This document shows positions 6,270 to 13,798 of a stretch of 32,000 nucleotides of DNA, piece after piece. The DNA is from an uncultured Erysipelotrichaceae bacterium (GTDB lineage: Bacteria; Bacillota_I; Bacilli_A; Erysipelotrichales; Erysipelotrichaceae). The notes under the pieces are model-generated. The model ran no database searches. It was given only the letters and a program-made list of their open reading frames with translations, and was not told where the DNA came from. Position numbers and translations under genes: made by a program. The stretch is taken from assembly GCA_942493105.1 (NCBI GenBank), contig OW818668.1, positions 1,080,001 through 1,112,000 of the forward strand. Reading direction: 5' to 3'. How positions within the stretch are numbered: the first letter of the stretch is position 1; each line of letters begins with the position of its first letter.

Positions 6270-6830
6270 ATGATGCTTAAGAACGAAAATACTAAACTTC
6301 CTTCTTATCGAATACCAATTATCATGATTTTTGGTGCTGTATTGTTATACTTCGCAATCTTCGCAATCGATGACTTTTTTGATTTCAGCGAGGGGTTCTT
6401 AAGAAATCTGTACTTTAGTGTTATGGGAGCAATATGTATTAGTACACTACTTTTCAATCTTTTTGAATTGGGCAATGTTTTAGATAAGCGCAATCTAGCT
6501 AAACTAAAAAGAACAAAAAAAGAAGAGCTTCGTTTTGTTAAGATACCATTGGAAGAAATACTTCATCTATGCGAATCAAATGATATTTTACGAATTGTCA
6601 TTACAACAGATTCTGGGATCGTAAAGACTGGCTCAGCTTCAGATTTGAATAGGAGAACTGGTAAGTTCTTTGACAAGGTTTATTATATCGATGATGATAA
6701 TTTCAATACAATTGAACAATATAGCCAGACCTTAACAGAGCGCATTCATGGTGATAGGTATTTATCTGTGATTACGATTGAGGATCTGCCTCCAACAGAA
6801 TTCAATAGGAAGTATTTAAATAATTTATAA
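6270..6830 (+). CDS. membrane protein (two N-terminal TM helices plus a soluble C-terminal domain)
   Basis: The track ORF starts at 6240. The in-frame ATGATG at 6270 follows GAGG 6263-6266 and gives MMLKNENTKLPSYRIPIIMIFGAVLLYFAIF. Hydrophobic stretches are visible by eye. Confidence 0.7.
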   Translation: MMLKNENTKLPSYRIPIIMIFGAVLLYFAIFAIDDFFDFSEGFLRNLYFSVMGAICISTLLFNLFELGNVLDKRNLAKLKRTKKEELRFVKIPLEEILHLCESNDILRIVITTDSGIVKTGSASDLNRRTGKFFDKVYYIDDDNFNTIEQYSQTLTERIHGDRYLSVITIEDLPPTEFNRKYLNNL

Positions 6831-6838
6831 TCCACATA

Positions 6839-6870
6839 ATTCAATTCATTTGCTTGCATTTGAATTGAAT
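6839..6870 (+). terminator. AT-rich hairpin after ORF 6270-6830 (weak terminator candidate)
   Basis: ATTCAATTCA 6839-6848 / TGAATTGAAT 6861-6870 with a 12-nt loop. There is no clear T tract afterwards. Confidence 0.3.
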
Positions 6871-6894
6871 AGTTTAGATGAGAGTCCAGAAATA

Positions 6895-6936
6895 CACGCA
6901 TAGTAGGTAGACTATAAGGGCAATAAAAGGGATAAT
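6895..6936 (+). promoter_or_regulatory. S box copy D (TAGACT 6908-6913, 17-nt spacer, GATAAT 6931-6936)
   Basis: ACACGCATAGTAGGTAGACTATAAGGGCAATAAAAGGGATAAT. The implied TSS near 6943 would leave GGTGG 6950-6954 plus ATG 6959 as the translation start. Confidence 0.55.
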
Positions 6937-6958
6937 AATGATAACAACGGGTGGCAAT

Positions 6959-7351
6959 ATGAAAAAGAATAATTTGCTGTTAATTTCTTGGATTCTGACT
7001 GTCTTATATTTTCTTCTACTGTATAAATCGCTAAGTAACATTGGTTCACAAACAAACGATGCTTCTGGCATTATCGCGCTTGGCCTATTAGGTATTTTTG
7101 TGTTTCCACATATTATCTTGGCTTTTCTAGGAGGTTTATTTAATATTCTCGGTTGGGCACTCAATAAGAAAGGATTTGCACTTACTGGGGCTATTCTGTA
7201 TTCCGTGGCTATGGTATTTATGATTCCGCTTTTTTATTTCCTCATCATTCAAATGGTGTTGTCATATATCGGGTACGCAACTATGAATACTTCTATCCAA
7301 AATAGTAATAGAAACGAAAGACGGAATTTGGACGATTACCGATCACTATAA
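6959..7351 (+). CDS. small polytopic membrane protein (~4 TM)
   Basis: The track ORF starts at 6938, 2 nt after the -10-like hexamer. The in-frame ATG 6959 (MKKNNLLLISWILTVLYFLLL) has an SD-like GGTGG. The protein is mostly hydrophobic. Confidence 0.7.
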   Translation: MKKNNLLLISWILTVLYFLLLYKSLSNIGSQTNDASGIIALGLLGIFVFPHIILAFLGGLFNILGWALNKKGFALTGAILYSVAMVFMIPLFYFLIIQMVLSYIGYATMNTSIQNSNRNERRNLDDYRSL

Positions 7352-7417
7352 CGCTATTCATTAATGAACATTATTTGAAAAGCGACTCATTTTCGAAATT
7401 TAATTGCGGAGTAAAGA

Positions 7418-7747
7418 ATGAAAATACTAAGAAAGTGCATATTGACAATGTTTATAGTAGTCTCTCTTTTTGGGGGGATATTTTGGTATTATCATCCAAC
7501 ACATTATAAATACAATGGCCGGTTTATCATTGGAAGTTCTATAGAAGAGATCACGTCCGAATACGGTGACTTTGATAAGGTTTTTTACACAGATTCCAGC
7601 AACATCACAATATCGGGTGCTGGATATCTCGTTCAACAAGAAAAGAAGGGGTTCTTAGGAACAAGCCCTGAAAAGTACTATATGATCGTCTTTGATTCTA
7701 CCGGGAAGGCAATTTCGGTATCCATTGGGGGTGGGTGGGGTGGCTAA
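7418..7747 (+). CDS. small membrane-anchored protein (109 aa, N-terminal TM)
   Basis: ORF track. GGAG lies 7 nt before the ATG. N-terminal hydrophobic segment CILTMFIVVSLFGGIFWYY. Confidence 0.7.
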   Translation: MKILRKCILTMFIVVSLFGGIFWYYHPTHYKYNGRFIIGSSIEEITSEYGDFDKVFYTDSSNITISGAGYLVQQEKKGFLGTSPEKYYMIVFDSTGKAISVSIGGGWGG

Positions 7748-7798
7748 GAGCCAGGCTTGTTGAGAAACGAATAATCCCTAATCACAGCTTAGATCATC

Positions 7799-7897
7799 TG
7801 TCCCATCATCCCGAGGGACACGAATGCACCCAGCCCTTAAGTTAATACTCGTCAACATAGAACGTTTCCCTAAGTGTCCCGGACTGACAGAGGGAAT
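7799..7897 (+). ncRNA. R3 element copy 2
   Basis: Aligns with 1322-1421. Arms: GGGACAC 7815-7821 / GTGTCCC 7874-7880; TCCC 7801-7804 / GGGA 7892-7895; AAGT 7839-7842 / GTTT 7864-7867. Ends 46 nt before ATG 7944. Confidence 0.6.
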
Positions 7898-7943
7898 GAA
7901 TTTATTGCCGGTGATATTTAGAGATTAAAAATATGGTGGGGAT

Positions 7944-8828
7944 ATGAAACGTAAAACTAAAAGAACAATTTGGATTATAGTGACATTTTTTGCATTAATG
8001 ATTTTGGCTGACTATTCAAACAACAATCAGGAAACAAGTAGTTCAATAATCGGTTTTCTTGAGCTCAGTGTTATTGTTATATCAATTATATCTTTCGGTA
8101 AACTGTTTGGTCCAAAGAAAGTGAATAAAGCTCCGTTTATAACTGAAAGACCCTATAATTCTTCTCAAACTAACAATGAAGCAACAATGGATCTTTCGCT
8201 TTTTACTAATATCAATTCCTATACAGTTCCTCAAGAAACTTATCCAGAACATTCTGGAAGAATTGGGGAGAATCGGGTTGCTAAAGAGCTTAGCAAATTA
8301 GGTATTGGACGAAAGATCATTAGAAACCTAATAATTGGAAATGATCACGCTACAACAGAAATTGATTGTGTATTTATCACTGAGTGCGGAATTTATGTTA
8401 TTGAATCGAAAAACTTCAATGGATGGATCTTTGGTAATCTATCTCAAAAAAATTGGACGCAGACATTTCCTAATCAAACAAAAAATCAGTTTTTTAATCC
8501 AGTTCTCCAGAATCAGGGTCACATTAACGCACTTCGATATCTTTTAGATAAGTACCCAGGTATTGATATAAGATCAGTGATCGTTTTTTCTGATAGTGCA
8601 ACTCTAAAGAAGATACCAGAGTCGACAAATGATCTGCTTATTCTTAATGAGTCTGAACTGTATAAAATACTTGAGGCATCAATAGAATATAACAAAAAAA
8701 TAAGGCGAGGACCTACTTTAACACCAGATCAAATCTATCGCATTTGGTTTTTCCTTTATCAACATAATATTGAATCTTTCAGGAAACGCGATAAGCATAT
8801 AGAAAATGTTCAGAATAAGAAAATATAA
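7944..8828 (+). CDS. NERD (nuclease-related domain) protein with two N-terminal TM segments
   Basis: GENRVAKELSKLG...EIDCVFITECGIYVIESKNFNGWIFG...NPVLQNQGHINALRYLL...VIVFSD matches the NERD pattern (E-x-D, EVK-type core) as I know it. N-terminal hydrophobic stretches are present. GGTGGGG SD lies before the ATG. Confidence 0.8.
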   Translation: MKRKTKRTIWIIVTFFALMILADYSNNNQETSSSIIGFLELSVIVISIISFGKLFGPKKVNKAPFITERPYNSSQTNNEATMDLSLFTNINSYTVPQETYPEHSGRIGENRVAKELSKLGIGRKIIRNLIIGNDHATTEIDCVFITECGIYVIESKNFNGWIFGNLSQKNWTQTFPNQTKNQFFNPVLQNQGHINALRYLLDKYPGIDIRSVIVFSDSATLKKIPESTNDLLILNESELYKILEASIEYNKKIRRGPTLTPDQIYRIWFFLYQHNIESFRKRDKHIENVQNKKI

Positions 8829-8890
8829 AACTAGATCTCAGCATAAATCTTCAGTACCCATATTAATTTGAGTCAAATATTTCTATGATG

Positions 8891-8953
8891 GCCTTGAGAG
8901 ATACAAGTCTAATTAGACGCTATCCAAAGTGTCCCAGATTGACAGAAGGGGAT
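8891..8953 (+). repeat. R3 element copy 3: 5'-truncated and diverged
   Basis: GCCTTGAGAGATACAAGTCTAATTAGACGCTATCCAAAGTGTCCCAGATTGACAGAAGGGGAT aligns with the 3' two-thirds of R3 (1358-1421). Agreement is best over the last ~38 nt. The GGGACAC arm is absent. Confidence 0.55.
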
Positions 8954-9173
8954 GTAGAGTCTGTTCTTTTAATTTTCCTGAAATCTTTATTCATTTTAAT
9001 AGATAATGTAATTTAAGACATATTGAATCATCTTTTCTTTAGTAAAAAGCTTGATTAAGTAGAAGGAATTTAAGAAGGACGCATTTTTTAATCAATCATA
9101 TACATATCGTTCAAGGTTTAGAGGATAAGTTGGTGATTCATTAATTCAGGATTGAAAGACTTTGTATAAAACA

Positions 9174-9202
9174 TTGATTTGTGTTTGAAATGAGCCTACA
9201 AT
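9174..9202 (+). promoter_or_regulatory. sigma-A type promoter candidate for the ABC operon
   Basis: TTGATT 9174-9179, 17-nt spacer, TACAAT 9197-9202, ~58 nt upstream of ATG 9260. Confidence 0.4.
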
Positions 9203-9259
9203 TTAAACGTTGTTTATGAGCTGGCTTTTTTAAAACTAAAGACGTGAAAGAAGGTTCTT

Positions 9260-9976
9260 ATGACGATAAGTGTCAATCAAATCAGTAAATCATTTGGGAA
9301 AAAGCGGGTCTTAGATCAAGTCTCACTTATTGCAGAAAAAGGTGAAGTGTTAGGTTTGTTAGGTCCATCAGGAGCAGGTAAAACAACCTTGATTCGCTTG
9401 ATTACCGGTGCAATCAAACCGGACAGTGGTCAAATCTCTTTCGATGAGATTATGGTCCCGGATAAACGACTCTTAGGCAAGATGGGCTTTATGCCTCAAT
9501 CCGATTCCTTATATATTGATCTTACAGGAATGGATAATTTAAAATTCTTTGGTCGTCTTTATGGACTAAAAGAGAGAAAACTAAAAAAGCGCTGTGAAGA
9601 ACTCTTGAAATTCATCGGCTTATATGACGATCGAAATAAACTAGTGATCAATTACTCTGGGGGAATGAAGAAACGTCTCTCTTTGATCATTGCATTGCTA
9701 CATGATCCGGATTATCTGATTCTGGATGAACCTACAGTTGGAGTCGATCCTGCTTTGCGCAGAACGATTTGGGAAGAATTCGATACCTTGGCTAAACAAG
9801 GGAAGACCTTAATCATTACGACTCATGTCATGGATGAAGCCGTCAAGTGTACGAAATGTGCCCTGATTTATCAAGGCGAATTGATTGCGTTCGATACGAC
9901 CGAAAAATTACTTGAAAGTACCAAAAACAATACGCTAGAAGATTTATTTTTTATGACGGAAGGATGTGAAGGATAA
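9260..9976 (+). CDS. ABC transporter ATP-binding protein
   Basis: Walker A GPSGAGKTT, signature YSGGMKKRL, Walker B LILDEPT. Confidence 0.9.
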   Translation: MTISVNQISKSFGKKRVLDQVSLIAEKGEVLGLLGPSGAGKTTLIRLITGAIKPDSGQISFDEIMVPDKRLLGKMGFMPQSDSLYIDLTGMDNLKFFGRLYGLKERKLKKRCEELLKFIGLYDDRNKLVINYSGGMKKRLSLIIALLHDPDYLILDEPTVGVDPALRRTIWEEFDTLAKQGKTLIITTHVMDEAVKCTKCALIYQGELIAFDTTEKLLESTKNNTLEDLFFMTEGCEG

Positions 9977-10986
9977 TGCGGGCAACAATTATTCGAATCA
10001 TCAAACAAATGTTGAACGACAAGCGTTCATTGGCTTTGGTTTTGTTTGCACCGATGTTGTTGATGACTTTTATGTATTTTATTTTTGGGACCAGCAATTA
10101 TACACCATCTATTGTTGTGAAGGATCTTGACCCCTTTTTGGTCGAAAAACTTCAACTTCAGGATGTCAACTTTGTTGAATCCTTTGAATCCAATGAAATG
10201 ATTCTCAAAAATAAGATTGCAGATGCAGTCATCTCACTCGAGAATGGGCAACTGGTCATTGAGATGATGGAACCGGATTCGGTCAAGACAGCGGCGGTCA
10301 CTAAAGTGTTGAGTGATGCCATGAAACAAATGATGCCAAAGGCTTTGACTTTAAAAATGAGTTTCATTTATGGATCCAATGAAGCCAATGTTTTTGATAG
10401 TTTAGGCTATGCTTTATTGGGTGTATTGTCATTCTTTTTTGTATTTTTGATTGCTGGGATTTCGTTTATTCGAGAGAGGACATTAGGAACCATGGAACGA
10501 TTCATGTTGACCCCCATCAGTCGCCCAGCAGTTGTTTCTGGGTTTTTGTTGGGCTATGGTGTCTTTGCAGTCTTACAAAGCATTTTGGTAGTTTTGTATT
10601 CTAAATATGTTTTGTCGATGGTCATTTCAGGATCTATCTTTGCAGTCGTTGTTATCATGACTTTATTGGCCTTTGTGGCTTTAGCTTTAGGTGCCGTTGT
10701 TTCTGTTTTCGCCAACAATGAATTCCAAGTCGTTCAATTCATTCCGATCATTATCGTGCCTCAAATCTTCTTTAGTGGTTTGATTCCTGTCGATACCTTA
10801 CCCTATCATTTGGATAAACTCGCTTTCCTCATGCCCGTGTATTATGCCTGTACTGGCTTAAAAGACGTCATGATCAAAGGAGCTTCCTTAGAGGATATTT
10901 TACCTGTTTGTGGGATCTTGGTTGGCTTTATTGTCGTGTTGTTTGGACTTAACATTCTTCTGTTGAAAAGATACAGAACTTTATAA
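9976..10986 (+). CDS. ABC-2 type transporter permease
   Basis: TAATG overlap with the ATPase gene. N-terminal TM, large extracytoplasmic loop, then 5 C-terminal TM segments, typical of ABC-2 exporter permeases. Confidence 0.85.
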   Translation: MRATIIRIIKQMLNDKRSLALVLFAPMLLMTFMYFIFGTSNYTPSIVVKDLDPFLVEKLQLQDVNFVESFESNEMILKNKIADAVISLENGQLVIEMMEPDSVKTAAVTKVLSDAMKQMMPKALTLKMSFIYGSNEANVFDSLGYALLGVLSFFFVFLIAGISFIRERTLGTMERFMLTPISRPAVVSGFLLGYGVFAVLQSILVVLYSKYVLSMVISGSIFAVVVIMTLLAFVALALGAVVSVFANNEFQVVQFIPIIIVPQIFFSGLIPVDTLPYHLDKLAFLMPVYYACTGLKDVMIKGASLEDILPVCGILVGFIVVLFGLNILLLKRYRTL

Positions 10987-11094
10987 AATCAAAAGATCAT
11001 TGACTTAATCCCTGAAATGAATCAATTTACGTATAGTTACAACGTTCAAGTGGAATGAATATCAAAAGTGACAATACCAAGTTCTCATATGTTA

Positions 11095-11184
11095 CTTAAT
11101 TCTAGCGGCTAATACTAAACGATAAAAAGTGTACCAAATACATTTATAGTATGTAGATTATAAGGATAAAAACAATTATACAAT
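11095..11184 (+). repeat. degenerate R3-like remnant plus J2-like box plus S-like box
   Basis: CTTAATTCTAGCGGCTAATACTAAACG..AAGTGTACC (compare R3 CTTAAGCTAATACTCG...AAGTGTCCC). Then ACATTTATAGTATG (J2). Then AGTATGTAGATTATAAGGATAAAAACAATTATACAAT (compare S copy D AGTAGGTAGACTATAAGGGCAATAAAAGGGATAATAAT). TAGATT 11154-11159 is followed by TATACA after 17 nt or TACAAT after 19 nt. Confidence 0.4.
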
Positions 11185-11305
11185 ATTAGATTTCTACTGG
11201 AATTCTGATGCAAAGCCTCTGGTTCCTTATACAGTTTGTTTTGTTCATTAAGATTCTGTGCTAGTATGATTTTTATATAGAACTTTTCTATTGAATGGAG
11301 ATGAC

Positions 11306-12241
11306 ATGTTGTACAGAAGATATTGTAAAAGATTTGATTTGTCGATCAGCGAAATAGGTTTTGGCGGTTGGCAATTAGGTAATGATGCTATTTGGGGTCC
11401 TATGACCTATGACGAAGGCGTTGAATTGGTAAGATCTGCTTACCATAAAGGCGTGAATTTTTTCGATACAGCTCCAGGTTACTCCAATGGATTAAGTGAA
11501 AAAATCATTGGTGAAGCTTTAAAAGATCATCGAAAAGATGTGTTCATTAATACAAAATTCGGACACAATCACCTGAATGAAACGCATTTTGGTGAAGCAT
11601 TCATCGAGAAATCAATCAACGAAAGTCTTGAAAGATTGCAGACAACGTATGTAGACTCTGTAATCCTTCATAATCCTCCTAGAGAAATTTTAGAAGGCAA
11701 GACGAATCATCAAAAAGAATTCTTAAGAATGAAGGAAATAGGAAAGATACGCGGTTATGGTGTAAGCATAGATACCTTAGAAGATTTGGATTTGGTATTG
11801 AATAATTTGGATGTCGATGTCATAGAAATACTCTTTAACATCAACAATCAATCTCCCAAATATTTATTCAACAAAGTAAAAGAAAAAGGCATTCTGTTGA
11901 TTGCGAAAGTACCTCTTGATTCAGGTTGGTTAAGTGGAAAATATAATGCTCAAAGTCATTTTACAGGAATACGCTCACGCTGGGATCAAGACGTTATTCT
12001 AAACAGAGCTAAGATCATTGATAAAATCAAGGCCATTGTACATGATGAAAATTTAGTTAAATATGCGCTTGGCTTTATATTGAGTTTTGATGCAATAACG
12101 ACAGTCATCCCTGGGGTCAAGAACATAAATCAACTTGATGCAAATATCGAAACGGCTCAGTTTCAATTAAGTGAAGATATCAAACATAAGCTAGAGAAAT
12201 TATACGAGGAAGAGATTAAACCATTAAATTTACCTTGGTAA
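11306..12241 (+). CDS. aldo/keto reductase family oxidoreductase
   Basis: The track ORF starts at TTG 11291. ATG 11306 follows GGAG 11297-11300. Motifs GFGGWQLG, FFDTAPGYSNGLSEKIIGEAL and a C-terminal IPG are typical of AKRs. Confidence 0.85.
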   Translation: MLYRRYCKRFDLSISEIGFGGWQLGNDAIWGPMTYDEGVELVRSAYHKGVNFFDTAPGYSNGLSEKIIGEALKDHRKDVFINTKFGHNHLNETHFGEAFIEKSINESLERLQTTYVDSVILHNPPREILEGKTNHQKEFLRMKEIGKIRGYGVSIDTLEDLDLVLNNLDVDVIEILFNINNQSPKYLFNKVKEKGILLIAKVPLDSGWLSGKYNAQSHFTGIRSRWDQDVILNRAKIIDKIKAIVHDENLVKYALGFILSFDAITTVIPGVKNINQLDANIETAQFQLSEDIKHKLEKLYEEEIKPLNLPW

Positions 12242-12249
12242 TATACTTA

Positions 12250-12298
12250 GGGAGCACCCATCGTTTTGATCTAATCAAAATTTTGGGTGCTCCCTTTT
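12250..12298. terminator. bidirectional terminator between convergent genes
   Basis: GGGAGCACCCA 12250-12260 / TGGGTGCTCCC 12284-12294, followed by TTTT. The loop contains a nested TTTTGAT/ATCAAAA hairpin. Confidence 0.8.
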
Positions 12299-12301
12299 AA
12301 A

Positions 12302-13798
12302 TCATTGACCCCAAGGCGTTATCTTTAAGATGTCTTGGTATTTTTTTAGATACAGAGTGATCGAGAAATCTCCTTCATCTTGACTAAAATCAAACACGAA
12401 CTCATTGGTAAAGGAAATGGCATATTCCCCTAGAAAAGAATGAACTGAAAGGGTAGGAGCCAAGGCTTCATAGACTTCATCCAGATCATAGTCTTCTTGG
12501 TATTCGCTGTCACTGATGATTTGAGCAATTTGATCTTTTATGAAAGAGCGGTAATCAAATCCATCGATGAAGACATCCTTCATCGTAAGAAGGGTTCCGT
12601 CTGCTTTGTAAGTTTGTCTTACCCCACGCACGACTTCACCATCGGCATATATAGAACTTCTGACATTCAGATAGGGTCCATCAAGGCTTGCGCTGAATTC
12701 ATAATAAACGGCTGTATGTGTTTTGATAAGTTCTAACAGAATGTTGCGCTCATGACTTAGAATGGTGGCTCTCATGTTTTTATATTTTTCGGGGAATTCA
12801 TCATCATAATAAATCCTAGAATGAAGGGTATGTCCATCAATGATTTCATTGAGGACATCTGTATGAGTCTGATACAGATAATTCTTTGTTTTTAGGGTAC
12901 TTGGATTGGTGAAAAGAGATTGATCATTATGAACAAAACGCTGCCCAAAAGCCAATATATCTTTGAAACCCTGCATTTTGAATTCCATGGAGACTGTTGA
13001 GAAATCATTGATAAACTCTGGATAATGTTCGTTGAACAGTAAATTGATTCTGTTGTCAATTATGAAAAACTTAAGATCACCGCGGATTCCTTTGAACCCA
13101 CCCACATACTGATAACTGTCGATCCATCCTTGTAGTTCATCTTTGATCGGATCGGTCATACTTTGGGATTTAAGCAAGATGGCTTCATTCAATCTGCTTT
13201 CGAAATCGCTGCCATTGATGAACAGATCACTCAATGTCAATTCATCTCCTGTATTCAAATCAAAATTCATCGCATCCATAATCGAAAAATCTTTGTAGTC
13301 ATCTTTGGCATTGATCAGTATTGAAGCATAAAAGCGGACGGATAAGATATGGTTGGCATTGAAGTAAGGATAACAAGAAATATTGATGCTTTTTATGGTG
13401 CGTTTGTCTTTGGGATAAGCAGCATAAAATCCAGGATAAACCGGTAAATTATCAAACTTGGCATATTTTTTAAAATCATTGATTTTATCGTCGATTTTTT
13501 GGTTGATGAGATCTTCAACCGTTTGATTCAAGAGTCCATCGATATGCATGGTTCCATAATCAATGAGTACCCCATCTTGAGTGGTTTCTGCTGGGTATTC
13601 GATGAAGTTAGTTTCAATACCGTTAGAGAACCAAGTATTTTCAGTGTCTGCTTGAGTTACTGTGCCATGAGGCAATGCAAATGAAATGGCATCTGGAGTA
13701 GGAATCTCAGGAAAAGGTTCACGCTCTGGGGTCACAAGCTTTGTACAGGCACTTAAACTAAGAAGTCCTATCAATCCGATCAATAGTTGCTTTTTCAT
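12302..13798 (-). CDS. lipoprotein, function unknown (possibly DUF3298/DUF4163-like)
   Basis: Signal peptide with lipobox LSAC. The domain guess rests only on the general look of the sequence (IDGL..QTVEDLINQKIDDKINDF). The start overlaps the upstream stop (ATGA). Confidence 0.75.
   Translation of the reverse strand: MKKQLLIGLIGLLSLSACTKLVTPEREPFPEIPTPDAISFALPHGTVTQADTENTWFSNGIETNFIEYPAETTQDGVLIDYGTMHIDGLLNQTVEDLINQKIDDKINDFKKYAKFDNLPVYPGFYAAYPKDKRTIKSINISCYPYFNANHILSVRFYASILINAKDDYKDFSIMDAMNFDLNTGDELTLSDLFINGSDFESRLNEAILLKSQSMTDPIKDELQGWIDSYQYVGGFKGIRGDLKFFIIDNRINLLFNEHYPEFINDFSTVSMEFKMQGFKDILAFGQRFVHNDQSLFTNPSTLKTKNYLYQTHTDVLNEIIDGHTLHSRIYYDDEFPEKYKNMRATILSHERNILLELIKTHTAVYYEFSASLDGPYLNVRSSIYADGEVVRGVRQTYKADGTLLTMKDVFIDGFDYRSFIKDQIAQIISDSEYQEDYDLDEVYEALAPTLSVHSFLGEYAISFTNEFVFDFSQDEGDFSITLYLKKYQDILKITPWGQ

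Noticed and set aside
600-9000. CRISPR array or integron (attC) interpretation of the repeated intergenic modules
   Set aside because: The repeats are 20-110 nt, irregularly spaced and separated by kilobase-sized genes, and there are no short uniform spacers or cas genes. No intI-like gene is present, and I could not find the RYYYAAC...GTTRRRY core pair that defines attC. Units also appear to carry their own promoter, unlike integron cassettes.
9058-9090. Possible further S-like box (AAGTAGAAGGAATTTAAGAAGGACGCATTTT)
   Set aside because: Only GTAGA and AAGAA blocks match, and no -10-like hexamer sits at the expected position. It is too weak to call.
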